The notes under the pieces: model-generated
Databases searched by the model: none
The model's input: the letters and a program-made list of their open reading frames with translations, nothing else
Told to the model about the DNA's origin: nothing
Source: Bacteroidales bacterium UBA5429
GTDB taxonomy: Bacteria; Bacteroidota; Bacteroidia; Bacteroidales; WCHB1-69
Direction of reading: 5' to 3'
Assembly (NCBI GenBank): GCA_002427605.1
Contig: DIRT01000020.1
Span: 10,013-74,012, forward strand
Length of the DNA stretch: 64,000 nt
Program-made: the position numbers and the translations under genes
Shown here: positions 8,837-18,314 of the stretch, in pieces
Numbering within the stretch: position 1 is the first letter of the stretch
How the letters are laid out: each line of letters starts with the position of its first letter

Positions 8837-9463
8837 AGGTAGAAGGTAGAAGGAAGAAGGCAGAAGGCGGAATAAATAAATTTAGAATTTAGAAATTAGA
8901 ATTGAATTATCTGCTGTTTTACATTATAATACCCTAAAAATTAAGTACATCAATGAAACATGTTAAAGTTGACCATTTTCAATTTTCAACTTTCAATTTT
9001 CAATTAATGAAACTTTCGCCTATCGCCTTTTTATTATTCCGCCTTCCGCCTTTAAAAGATTTTTTTCTTTTTTTGGAAATAAAAAAAAAGGGGGGCAGCA
9101 TAGATTTCCCTTTTAGGTTATTTTATTTCCCCACTCTGGAATGTTAGACCATTTTTGATATGCAGTGAGGCAATTACGAATTACGAATCAATATGATTTC
9201 TAAATTTTTGGGACATTGTGTAAATTGCATTGTATCAACCAAATAACATCGGCTGTAGAGACGCAATGCATTGCGTCTCTACGGTCAAATATAACAACAA
9301 AATCCTAATTAAACGCATTAATTTACAAATTTTGAATTATTGTTTTTTCATAATTTGTAATTTTTAGGAAAGGTCGCGACCTGTCCCTACAATAAACGCG
9401 ATTAATTAAAATTTTCGGTCCCGTAATTCGTAATTGGATTCCGCCTTCCGCCTTCCGCCTTCA
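8836..9463. repeat. mosaic intergenic repeat element (heptamer arrays, palindromes and a G-run module)
   Basis: Components in order:
- AAGGNNG x5 at 8836..8870
- TTTAGAA x3-4 at 8881..8908
- ATTTTCA x4 at 8975..9002
- CCGCCTT x2 at 9039..9052
- G-run module at 9075..9139
- AATTACG x2 at 9172..9185
- 28-nt perfect palindrome at 9255..9282
- AGGTCGCGACCT at 9371..9382
- CGTAATT x2 at 9422..9435
- CCGCCTT x3 at 9441..9461. Confidence 0.9.
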
Positions 9464-10354
9464 TCATTGCTCTTGGTATCCAAACCGCTTCATCATCAGG
9501 TCTTGGTTGCGCCAGTCTTTGAGGACTTTGACGGAGAGGTCGAGATAGACCTGCTTTTCGATAAATTCCTCGATTGCTTTTCGGGATTCAATGCCCAATT
9601 GTTTGATGGCAGAGCCTTTGCTGCCAATCAGAATTCCTTTTTGGGTGTCCCGCTCGCAGTACAGCATGGCGCTGATTTGCACGATATGATCAGCTTCTTT
9701 ATAGCTATCTACCACTACCTCAACACTATAGGGAATCTCTTTTTTGTACAACAACAAAATTTTTTCTCTGATGATCTCGCTGATAAAAAAACGAACCGGC
9801 TTGTCGGTGAGCTGATCTTTTGGAAAAAATGGGGGAGAAAAGGGCAGGTGTTGGACAATCCTTTCCTGCAACCATTCTATTCCGATTTGGTGTAAAGCGG
9901 AGAGAGCAATCGACTCAATGTCCGGGAAAAGATTGGTCCAATATTGCTCTGTCTCTTTTACTGCTTCCGGTGTACTTTTATCGACTTTATTGATAATCAA
10001 TATTTTGGGAATTTTGCACTCTTGCAATTGAGTCATAATCTCTTCATTGAAGCGGGTTTCACCCACTTCAACCATCAACAAAATGAGGTCGGCATCGGTG
10101 AGGGCAACACGGATGAAGTGCATCATCATTTCCTGCATTTTATATGCCGGATCAAGGATTCCCGGAAGATCGGAATAGACAATCTGATAATCCTCTTCGT
10201 TGACAATACCCCGAATCCGATGTCGCGTAGTTTGTGCCTTATTGGTAATAATCGACAATCGTTCACCCACCAAAAGGTTCATCAATGTGCTTTTCCCAAC
10301 GTTGGGATTGCCGATAATATTTACAAATCCTGCTCTGTGTGTCTCTTGATTCAT
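9464..10354 (-). CDS. era: GTPase Era
   Basis: GNPNVGKST, DLPG and NKVD motifs plus a KH domain at the C-terminus. The start was moved to MNQETHRAGF (10354) to avoid overlapping queD. Confidence 0.9.
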   Translation of the reverse strand: MNQETHRAGFVNIIGNPNVGKSTLMNLLVGERLSIITNKAQTTRHRIRGIVNEEDYQIVYSDLPGILDPAYKMQEMMMHFIRVALTDADLILLMVEVGETRFNEEIMTQLQECKIPKILIINKVDKSTPEAVKETEQYWTNLFPDIESIALSALHQIGIEWLQERIVQHLPFSPPFFPKDQLTDKPVRFFISEIIREKILLLYKKEIPYSVEVVVDSYKEADHIVQISAMLYCERDTQKGILIGSKGSAIKQLGIESRKAIEEFIEKQVYLDLSVKVLKDWRNQDLMMKRFGYQEQ

Positions 10355-10364
10355 GTTCTCTATC

Positions 10365-10814
10365 TTATTGATTATCAGATCCAAACCACTCAGCAAAAGA
10401 GTTGTCAGTTTCCTTTAATTTCAGCGAAAAGAGTTGTACATCAGGCGGTAAAACCGCTTTGATTTTTTCCGCAAAGTAGCTCAACATATTTTCTGTAGTG
10501 GGTTGAAACGGCACCAAAATGATCTTCTCGTAATTTTTTTGCAACAGTTGAATGAGGGCAGGATCACTTTCCTGACTGAGCATCAACGAATGGTCTAAAT
10601 GGTCAATCAATTCTCTGTTAATCAGTTTTTTAAGTACTGAAAAATCGATCAACATCCCTTTTTTTGGTGAGGATTCGTCATCGTTCGGTCTGCCCACTAC
10701 GGTCACTTCAAAATGGTAGGAGTGTCCATGAATATTCTTACACAATCCATCATAATTGTGCAGGGCATGTGCCATCGCAAAGTTGAAAACTTTCGTCAAT
10801 CTGATTGTTGCCAT
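10365..10814 (-). CDS. queD: 6-carboxy-5,6,7,8-tetrahydropterin synthase
   Basis: FNFAMAHAL...CKNIHGHSYHFEVTV is QueD/PTPS-like. Confidence 0.8.
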   Translation of the reverse strand: MATIRLTKVFNFAMAHALHNYDGLCKNIHGHSYHFEVTVVGRPNDDESSPKKGMLIDFSVLKKLINRELIDHLDHSLMLSQESDPALIQLLQKNYEKIILVPFQPTTENMLSYFAEKIKAVLPPDVQLFSLKLKETDNSFAEWFGSDNQ

Positions 10815-10817
10815 AAC

Positions 10818-11894
10818 TTACTGAATAATCAATTTATAAATCTGTTTTTTTCTATCATTAATTTTTAAAAAATAAAAACCGGGGGGGTGATCAGCTATCG
10901 AAACTCCGGAAGGCAAAGCACTCAAATCATAAGTTCTTACCTCTCTACCCATGACGTCATAGAGAGTTAAGCTCAAATCACTACTATTTTCGATATCATC
11001 GTAAAATAGCAGCAAATCGCCATGTGCAGGATTGGAAAAGCGAATAGATTGCACGATTTCAGCAAATTCCTCAATCCCCGAAGGATCAAAAGCATAGATG
11101 GAGTCATTACCATAAATTTTGCCCACCAGTTCCGGAAAATCAATAAACGGGTTTCGGTTTTCCTGTAATGCAAAGATCGCTTCATTTCGGTTCAACTCCT
11201 TTTGACTTACCGGATCCTGATTATGCCATTGGATCAACAATTGGAGTGCCCAGGGTTTCAAAGAGCCATTGGTAAACATGGAATTAGATGTTACACCCAT
11301 GTTTTTATCCATATAACGCACAGTCATGTAGAAATAGGAGCGTGCAAAATCCCCTTTATATTCATCGATAGGTTCAAATACTGTTCCGGTATATCCCGGA
11401 GTGGCACTGCTTCCTACTTTGGATCCGTTGAGACTGGTCCAGGTAGCTGAGCCCACTTTCCCGTAAGGATAATTACTCCTTCTGTTGTTGACGTAGCCGT
11501 CAGTCGGATATAAATGAAAAAGGTCAGTGTAGAGCGGTGTTGCGTCATTAAACCAGCTGGCAGGGATAGAGTGTTCTCTGTTGTAGCAATCTCCTTCCGT
11601 ACTGTAGCTTCCGCATTGATCGGTGAAGAAAGTGTACTCATAAGCCGGGTCTCCAACAGGATTATCGGAGTACGGGTCCCAAACTTTCCCATTCGGTTTG
11701 CGATCGGTAGAAGGGAATGCATCCCATAATTGTTTGTAAGTTAAGGCATTGTGGTCTTTGATGATATGGTGAAGGGCAACCCGCAGGGCATATCCTTTCT
11801 TATTCGTGGCACTGCTGTAATATTGACTTGGAATTTGACCCGCCAGAGGGATCAAAATGAAAGAAACCCATAAAATTAAAAGAGACTTTTTCAT
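10818..11894 (-). CDS. secreted endonuclease I-family nuclease with a T9SS C-terminal sorting domain
   Basis: YNREHSIPASWF...HLYPTDGYVNNRRSNYPYG are endonuclease I motifs. The C-terminal ~80 aa (LTLYDVMGREV...GFYFLKI...KLIIQ) is a T9SS CTD. The start was moved to the signal peptide MKKSLLILWV (11894). Confidence 0.75.
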   Translation of the reverse strand: MKKSLLILWVSFILIPLAGQIPSQYYSSATNKKGYALRVALHHIIKDHNALTYKQLWDAFPSTDRKPNGKVWDPYSDNPVGDPAYEYTFFTDQCGSYSTEGDCYNREHSIPASWFNDATPLYTDLFHLYPTDGYVNNRRSNYPYGKVGSATWTSLNGSKVGSSATPGYTGTVFEPIDEYKGDFARSYFYMTVRYMDKNMGVTSNSMFTNGSLKPWALQLLIQWHNQDPVSQKELNRNEAIFALQENRNPFIDFPELVGKIYGNDSIYAFDPSGIEEFAEIVQSIRFSNPAHGDLLLFYDDIENSSDLSLTLYDVMGREVRTYDLSALPSGVSIADHPPGFYFLKINDRKKQIYKLIIQ

Positions 11895-11992
11895 AAAGCG
11901 ATGAAATAAAATGCAAAGTAACACTTTTTTTATGAAACACCCGCCTTCCTGGCCCCCCTTTTTTTCTTTTTTAAAAAAAGAGAATAAAAAAA

Positions 11993-12616
11993 TTAAAGCA
12001 CACCCAATGCCCATTTGACACCGACAAACAAAGCAAAAGCAATAATTACAAGACCGGAAATGAGATCCACTTTTGCCAACATTTTTTCACCTAGTTTGGT
12101 TTTGTACTTATGCGCAATGCCGCACAAGAGCAGCCACCAACTGCCCGAACCCAACAAAATACTGAAAAGCAGGACCACAGCTCCGAGCGGTTTCACGTCG
12201 CTGATGCCCACAAAAGCGAATACCGCGATGAAGAAAATGAAGGTTAAAGGATTGGACAGTGTAAGGACAAAGGCACTCACATAATCTCTCAGCAAGCTGC
12301 CATTTTCTTGCAGGGCAGGTTCGACAGTACGTTTTTTCTTACGTATAATTTGAATCCCGACCAAGATCAGGAACAGAAACCCGAAAAAGTGAAACCAGGT
12401 TTCGTGGTCGATCAAAAAATCGGAGACAAAATTGAGTCCTAGTACAACAATCAGCCCAAAAAGAAGGTCTGCGGTGGTTGCACCCAACCCGGAGACCAGT
12501 CCGGCAATGTAGCTTTTATTCAACGTACGGTTGATGCAGAGAATACCGACCGGACCGACAGGTGCAGCAATACAAAATCCCAGCAGAAGGCCTTTTAGAA
12601 ACAGTGAAAGATACAT
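11993..12616 (-). CDS. LysE/RhtB-family amino-acid exporter
   Basis: 207 aa with six TMs and an N-terminal PGP-like AAPVGPVG motif. Confidence 0.7.
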   Translation of the reverse strand: MYLSLFLKGLLLGFCIAAPVGPVGILCINRTLNKSYIAGLVSGLGATTADLLFGLIVVLGLNFVSDFLIDHETWFHFFGFLFLILVGIQIIRKKKRTVEPALQENGSLLRDYVSAFVLTLSNPLTFIFFIAVFAFVGISDVKPLGAVVLLFSILLGSGSWWLLLCGIAHKYKTKLGEKMLAKVDLISGLVIIAFALFVGVKWALGVL

Positions 12617-12623
12617 AAGCAGC

Positions 12624-15230
12624 CTATTTTTTCTTTTTGGTGAGTAAATTTTTAATATCGTTGAGTTTCATGAGCGCCTCAACAGGAGTGAGGGTTTCAA
12701 TGTCGATTCCAATAATTTGATCTTTGATATCCAACAGTAGCGGATCATCTAAAGCAATGAAACTGAGTTGATAACCCGGATCTTTAGGGGTTGCTTCAGC
12801 AATTTTTTGCGACTGATCCCGGGAACTTTCCAGACTTTCGAGAATTTTTTCTGCTCTGTAAAGCACCTGTGCCGGCATTCCCGCCATTCTCGCTACATGG
12901 ATTCCAAAACTATGTTCACTGCCGCCCGGTTCCAGTTTTCTGAGAAACAAAATCTTGTTGTTGATCTCTTTCACGCTGACATGGTAGTTCTTGATTCTTT
13001 CAAACTGATCCGCCATATTGTTGAGTTCGTGGTAGTGGGTTGCAAACAGTACTTTAGCTCTGTGTTTTTTGTGTTCATGTAGATATTCAGCGATGGACCA
13101 GGCAATGGAAACGCCGTCGTAAGTACTGGTTCCGCGTCCAATCTCATCCAAAAGGATCAAACTTCGATTGGAAATATTGTTCAGAATACTCGCAGTTTCA
13201 TTCATTTCAACCATAAAGGTTGATTCTCCGGTACTGATATTGTCGGACGCTCCTACACGGGTAAAAATCTTGTCGATAATGGAGAGATTGGCCGCTTCAG
13301 CAGGGACAAAACAGCCCATTTGCGCCATCAACACAATCAGTGCGGTTTGGCGTAGCAGCGCCGATTTTCCCGACATATTGGGACCGGTAATGATGATAAT
13401 CTGCTGATTTTCATTGTCAAGGTAGAGGTCGTTGGCGATATATTTTTCCCCGAAAGGCAGATGTTTTTCAATCACGGGGTGTCTGCCATTTTTGATTCGG
13501 ATGGCTGTTCCCTCTTCGAAAATAGGTTTGGTGTAGTTGTTTTCTATCGATACGGAGGCGAAGCAGAGTAGGATGTCCAATTTGGCAATCAGACGGGCAT
13601 TGAGCTGAATGGTAGGAATATATTCCAGTAAACTGAGAACCAACTCATTAAACAAACGCGCTTCAATGGCTAAAATTTTCTCTTCTGCTCCCAATATCTT
13701 GGTTTCCAGATCTTTAAGCTCTTCGGTGATATAGCGTTCAGCGTTGGTCAGGGTTTGCTTTCTGATCCAATCTTCAGGAACTCTGTTTTTATGGGTGTTC
13801 GTCACTTCCAGATAGTAGCCAAAAACGTTGTTAAATCCGATTTTTAAACTGGTGATTCCAGTTTTAATCGCTTCCCGTTGTTGAATCTCTGCCAGTATCG
13901 TTTTGCTGTTTATAGCCAAGCTGCTTAACTCATCCAGTTCAGCGTCAACTCCTTTTCTAAAAACACGACCTTTATTAAGCACTACTGGCGGATCCTCTAA
14001 AATCTCATTTTCAATCTTTTGAGATAATGAAACCAGCGGATTTAGTTGTTCCAAAATACGTAACAGCTCACTGTGTTCAATATGTCGTGCCTGCTCTTTA
14101 ATCGCTTCAACCGCACGGAGTGATCTTGCCAGTTGGAGCAGTTCCCTGGGGTTGATTTTTGAAGTAGCAATTTTAGCTACTAATCTTTCCAGATCCCCGA
14201 TTTGTTTCAGCATTTGAGTCATCTGGTCGGCGACTTCTCTCTGTTCAGTGAAATACTTCACAATCGCAAGGCGCTCCTCGATCATCACCCTTTCCTTGAG
14301 GGGCAGCACCATCCACTTCCGCAACATCCGCGAGCCCATGGGGGTTTCGGTTTTATCCAGGATTTGCAAAAGAGTAACTGCGTTTTCATTGTGGGAGTAA
14401 ATCAATTCCAGATTGCGGATTGTAAATTGGTCTAGCCAAACATAATGTTCCTCCTCAAAACGCGTCAACTTATTGATATGCTGAATTTTATGATTCTGAG
14501 TTTGATGAAGATAGTGCAAAGCCGCACCCGCTGCAATGATTCCATAGGTCATATCTTCGACGCCGAAACCTTTTAAGGTATTGGTTTGAAAATGTTTGAT
14601 TAAAAGATCATACGCGTAGTCGGTAGTAAAAACCCAATCCTCGAAAGTAGTCAGTAAAATTTTGTCCCCAAAATGTTCTTTAAACATAGGAACTTTATTT
14701 TTGAGGATTACAATTTCAGAGGGATTAAAGTTTTGCAATAATTTGTCAACATACTCAATATCTCCTTCAGCGAGGTAAAACTCTCCGGTAGAAATATCAA
14801 CAAAGGCGGCACCCATTTTTTTATCATGGAAATGGATGGCACCCAAAAAGTTATTCTCTTTAACCTCTAAAACTTTATCATTGATTGATACTCCTGGTGT
14901 AACCAATTCGGTAACTCCTCTCTTGACTAACTTTTTGGTTAGTTTGGGATCTTCCAATTGTTCGCAAATGGCTACCCTATATCCGGCTCTGACCAATTTT
15001 GGGAGATAAGTATCGATAGCATGGTGTGGAAACCCGGCTAAATCAACATGAGCTGCTACACCATTGGCTCTTTTGGTGAGTACAATACCCAAAATCTGAG
15101 ATGCTTTCACGGCATCCTCTCCAAAGGTTTCGTAAAAGTCTCCAATTCTGAACAATAGAATCGCATCGGGATACTTGCTTTTGAATCGATTGTATTGTTT
15201 CATCAAGGGAGTTGCGGCAGGTACAGTCAT
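12624..15230 (-). CDS. mutS: DNA mismatch repair protein MutS
   Basis: 868 aa. TPLMKQY, Walker A GPNMSGKS and the [10 protein letters not shown] motif. Confidence 0.97.
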   Translation of the reverse strand: MTVPAATPLMKQYNRFKSKYPDAILLFRIGDFYETFGEDAVKASQILGIVLTKRANGVAAHVDLAGFPHHAIDTYLPKLVRAGYRVAICEQLEDPKLTKKLVKRGVTELVTPGVSINDKVLEVKENNFLGAIHFHDKKMGAAFVDISTGEFYLAEGDIEYVDKLLQNFNPSEIVILKNKVPMFKEHFGDKILLTTFEDWVFTTDYAYDLLIKHFQTNTLKGFGVEDMTYGIIAAGAALHYLHQTQNHKIQHINKLTRFEEEHYVWLDQFTIRNLELIYSHNENAVTLLQILDKTETPMGSRMLRKWMVLPLKERVMIEERLAIVKYFTEQREVADQMTQMLKQIGDLERLVAKIATSKINPRELLQLARSLRAVEAIKEQARHIEHSELLRILEQLNPLVSLSQKIENEILEDPPVVLNKGRVFRKGVDAELDELSSLAINSKTILAEIQQREAIKTGITSLKIGFNNVFGYYLEVTNTHKNRVPEDWIRKQTLTNAERYITEELKDLETKILGAEEKILAIEARLFNELVLSLLEYIPTIQLNARLIAKLDILLCFASVSIENNYTKPIFEEGTAIRIKNGRHPVIEKHLPFGEKYIANDLYLDNENQQIIIITGPNMSGKSALLRQTALIVLMAQMGCFVPAEAANLSIIDKIFTRVGASDNISTGESTFMVEMNETASILNNISNRSLILLDEIGRGTSTYDGVSIAWSIAEYLHEHKKHRAKVLFATHYHELNNMADQFERIKNYHVSVKEINNKILFLRKLEPGGSEHSFGIHVARMAGMPAQVLYRAEKILESLESSRDQSQKIAEATPKDPGYQLSFIALDDPLLLDIKDQIIGIDIETLTPVEALMKLNDIKNLLTKKKK

Positions 15231-15280
15231 AAAAATTTGCGAGTGTTAATCGATAAAAAATATGTTTTTAAAAGGGATTG

Positions 15281-15288
15281 CAAATATA
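15281..15288 (-). promoter_or_regulatory. -7 box TATATTTG upstream of mutS
   Basis: TAnnTTTG, 51 nt upstream of ATG 15230. Confidence 0.55.
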
Positions 15289-15300
15289 ATAAAAAAAGAT

Positions 15301-16662
15301 TTATGGATGGAGTTCTAAATAGGCATTATAGCGTGCCATTACCTCTTCAGCATATTTAACGGTATGTTTTCCGGGCAAAAATCCTGATTTTACAACAGGA
15401 TCAGAGTAATACTCCTTTTTTGATTTTAAAATCAAATATTTTGAAACAAATTTCCACTGAGTAGAGTTTTGTTGATTTTTTTCACAGAGACGCTGCGCAT
15501 CTAATATGTGTCCTCGTCCTGCATTATAAGAAGCAGCAACAAAGTGATATTTTTCTTTTTTGTCTGTAATATTATCAAATGCCCGGGCTATTTTGTAGAG
15601 ATATTTGATTCCTGCGACAATCTGTTCCTCTTCTGATGAGGTTTCATCAATGCCAAAATAGGTCATCGTTTCAGGCATCATTTGCATTAAGCCATAGCTT
15701 CCCCCCAAACCATATAATCCCGATTGAAATTTGCTTTCCTGGTACATAATAGCAACTACAAACTGCCAGTCGATACCATATTCTTTGGCATATTTTTTAA
15801 TGATGTGGTCGTAGGGGGAGATATTTTTATTTCCTGAATTTGAAAAATGACGCTTGATAATCAATGAGTGTGGAGAAAAATATCGTTTAAGCAAAAAATG
15901 ATACTTATTGGTTTTGGAAAAAGCAATGATCCAATTATTAATCTCATTATTTAGCTCATCATTATTTTTGTCCAAAATCCAGCATCTTTCATAAATAGGT
16001 CCAATTCGGGATCCTATTGCAAGGTTATCGTAAAAGGGTAACAGAGTGATTGCAGTTTGGTAATCACAAATCATAAAATCGATCTCTTTTTCCTGAAGTT
16101 GATTGATTAATTCCTCTCCTTCATAATGTTCTTTATCTATAATTTTAAAATTTAACTCTTCAAGCAGATCCATGGAGAGGAAATGGTGGTAATCATCAGG
16201 AATATGTAGCTCTTTCACGATATTGGAATCGTATATTTGTCCTTTTCTCGATAAAATGACAGGGTAAGTGTAGGAGTGTGGATAAGAAAAAGTTAAAAAT
16301 GAAGACACCAGACCGGATTTGCGAATATCGGCAGCGATAATATCATAATGAGGCTTTAAAATTTCTTTGTATGCCTCTTTAGAATCATGATTGATAGTTA
16401 AATTAATCACTCTACCGGAAGCTTTTTCAAACTCCTTAAGTAATTCATATTGGAAGCCAATAGGTGTTCCTTTGTATATAAAAAAATCGGAAGAATGGGA
16501 TGAAAGCAGAACCTCCAAAGTGTCATCCTGTCTAACCAAAGAAAAAGTGGTAGACTCCGATTTAAGGGTCTCTTTATGACGTGAATAGGTTGCCACTAAT
16601 ATAATCAAAAGCAGTAATGATGTCACTACTATGAATAGCGGCGAAGATAATGTTTTCTTCAA
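15301..16662 (-). CDS. MltF-like lytic transglycosylase (SBP_bac_3-like N-domain plus SLT domain)
   Basis: The C-terminal AIMYQESKF...GLMQMMP...ASYNAG are SLT catalytic motifs. There is an N-terminal membrane anchor. Confidence 0.75.
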   Translation of the reverse strand: MKKTLSSPLFIVVTSLLLLIILVATYSRHKETLKSESTTFSLVRQDDTLEVLLSSHSSDFFIYKGTPIGFQYELLKEFEKASGRVINLTINHDSKEAYKEILKPHYDIIAADIRKSGLVSSFLTFSYPHSYTYPVILSRKGQIYDSNIVKELHIPDDYHHFLSMDLLEELNFKIIDKEHYEGEELINQLQEKEIDFMICDYQTAITLLPFYDNLAIGSRIGPIYERCWILDKNNDELNNEINNWIIAFSKTNKYHFLLKRYFSPHSLIIKRHFSNSGNKNISPYDHIIKKYAKEYGIDWQFVVAIMYQESKFQSGLYGLGGSYGLMQMMPETMTYFGIDETSSEEEQIVAGIKYLYKIARAFDNITDKKEKYHFVAASYNAGRGHILDAQRLCEKNQQNSTQWKFVSKYLILKSKKEYYSDPVVKSGFLPGKHTVKYAEEVMARYNAYLELHP

Positions 16663-16689
16663 ATTGGATAATTTGAGTGGAACAAAAGG

Positions 16690-17070
16690 TTACTGCCTTA
16701 TCATCAGTATCGTTTTTTCAACAGTCTCGTTGGGAAGTAGCTTGATCTGACTCGCTCCAACATACGTTCTGACAGCATCTCCCTCGGTGAGTGCAAATTC
16801 AGCTTTGACATCTAAAAGGGCTTCGTACTGAAACTCATGAGAAAAAACTCCATCATCATCAGTTACTCCGGAAGCCTGAGCAAAAGGAGCATAATTAGGT
16901 TTGCCAATAGTAACAGTAGCTCCAACAACAACATCTCCTGTGTCAATTCCCGTTTCTGAGTATACACAAATGATTTTAACAGGAAATACCTCTTCCTTTT
17001 CACAACTTGAAAACAGAAGGACGACAATAGCAGCTATTACTACAGGTATAAATAAAAAAACTTTTTTCAT
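16690..17070 (-). CDS. small lipoprotein, unknown function
   Basis: Start moved to MKKVFLF (17070). Lipobox LLFSSC and a beta-rich body. Confidence 0.55.
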   Translation of the reverse strand: MKKVFLFIPVVIAAIVVLLFSSCEKEEVFPVKIICVYSETGIDTGDVVVGATVTIGKPNYAPFAQASGVTDDDGVFSHEFQYEALLDVKAEFALTEGDAVRTYVGASQIKLLPNETVEKTILMIRQ

Positions 17071-17103
17071 GGTGTGTATTTTAAAATTGGAACATTCAAT
17101 CCG

Positions 17104-17111
17104 CAAAGATA
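17104..17111 (-). promoter_or_regulatory. -7 box TATCTTTG
   Basis: 34 nt upstream of ATG 17070. Confidence 0.6.
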
Positions 17112-17168
17112 TAAAAATTATTTATATAACAACCAATCTCTTTTTTTTATTCCTTCATTTTCTTTTTG

Positions 17169-17176
17169 TACATTTG
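17169..17176 (+). promoter_or_regulatory. -7 box TACATTTG for dprA
   Basis: 21 nt upstream of ATG 17197. Confidence 0.6.
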
Positions 17177-17196
17177 CAATACTAAAAAAAACTACC

Positions 17197-18303
17197 ATGA
17201 CTGATGAATTATACTACAGACTTGCACTATTACTACACCCCAAAATTACCAATTTTAATGCCAAACGACTCGTTCGATTGTTCGGAAGCGCCACTTTGGT
17301 TTTTGACTCAGAAAAGAAAAAAGAGTTTAGAAAAGAGTTGATCAAATGGAACTTAAATGCAATTTCTATTGATAAGGAGTTGGATTATCAAATTCAAACG
17401 GAGCGGGATCTGATGGATAAGGAGCAGATTCAGGCTCTTTTTTTCGATCAATCGGATTATCCGACTCGCCTGCTGACCAGCGCCAATTATCCTGCTATAT
17501 TTTTTTATAAAGGGGAAAACATTTTTAACAAACCTCATATTTTATCCATCATTGGAACCCGCAATATCACAAATTATGGAATTGATGTTGTGAAAAAAAT
17601 GATATCGGAAATGGCTCATGAGGGATTGGTGATTGTGAGTGGGTTAGCTTCCGGTGTGGATACTTTGGCGCATGAAGAGGCAATCCGCAACGGAGTGAAG
17701 ACCGTGGCAGTGATGGGACATGGTTTTTCTTTGATTTATCCCTCTCAAAACTATAAATTGGCAAAAAATATGATCGATTCGGGGGGTGCGATTGCAACGG
17801 AATATGCTTATCATACGACACCAATTCCTCAAAATTTTCCCACACGGAATAGGATTATTGCTGGTTTATCTGATGCTTCTCTTGTTATTGAATCAAAAAT
17901 AAAGGGGGGAAGCATGATTACTGCCTCCATGGTGCTGAATATCAAAAGAGATCTGTTTACGGTCCCCGGTTCTATATACAGCCCCAACCACGAGGGTTGC
18001 AATAATTTAATTGTAGAGGGGCTCGCACAGGGAGTGACCTCAGGAGGGGAACTCTTAGCTAAAATGGGCTGGACAGATCAACCGCTGAAGGAGGTCCAAA
18101 CAAAATTGTTCCTTGAATTAAGCGAAGAGGAAGAGGAGGTATATCAGCTTCTGCTCGAGGTGGATCAAATGGGAATTGACGAAATTAACAGTAAACTAAC
18201 TCAGTTTACTCCTTCCCGATTAGCCTCCATTCTGCTCCATATGGAGTTTGATGGTATCGTGGAGTGTAAGCCGGGTAAAATCTACCGATTGATCAGAAGA
18301 TAA
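17197..18303 (+). CDS. dprA: DNA-processing protein DprA
   Basis: GTRNITNYG...VSGLASGVDTLAH...RNRIIAGLS is the DprA Rossmann core. The start was set at MTDELYY behind the -7 box. Confidence 0.9.
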   Translation: MTDELYYRLALLLHPKITNFNAKRLVRLFGSATLVFDSEKKKEFRKELIKWNLNAISIDKELDYQIQTERDLMDKEQIQALFFDQSDYPTRLLTSANYPAIFFYKGENIFNKPHILSIIGTRNITNYGIDVVKKMISEMAHEGLVIVSGLASGVDTLAHEEAIRNGVKTVAVMGHGFSLIYPSQNYKLAKNMIDSGGAIATEYAYHTTPIPQNFPTRNRIIAGLSDASLVIESKIKGGSMITASMVLNIKRDLFTVPGSIYSPNHEGCNNLIVEGLAQGVTSGGELLAKMGWTDQPLKEVQTKLFLELSEEEEEVYQLLLEVDQMGIDEINSKLTQFTPSRLASILLHMEFDGIVECKPGKIYRLIRR

Positions 18304-18314
18304 TTGAACTTGTT

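Noticed and set aside
8953-9147. Short ORFs lying wholly in repeat blocks (8953-9147, 25939-26136, 29426-29620, 29511-29753, 57886-58233, 60696-60878)
   Set aside because: Their sequences are translations of heptamer arrays and palindromes (for example KAEGGGRKAEG, LRITNYELRN, IASLQ). Reading frames are not conserved between repeat copies.
9434-10462. 153-aa and 172-aa plus-strand ORFs antisense to era
   Set aside because: Era motifs are unambiguous on the minus strand. The first antisense ORF starts inside the CCGCCTT heptamer array. Long antisense ORFs are expected by chance in AT-rich genes with biased codons.
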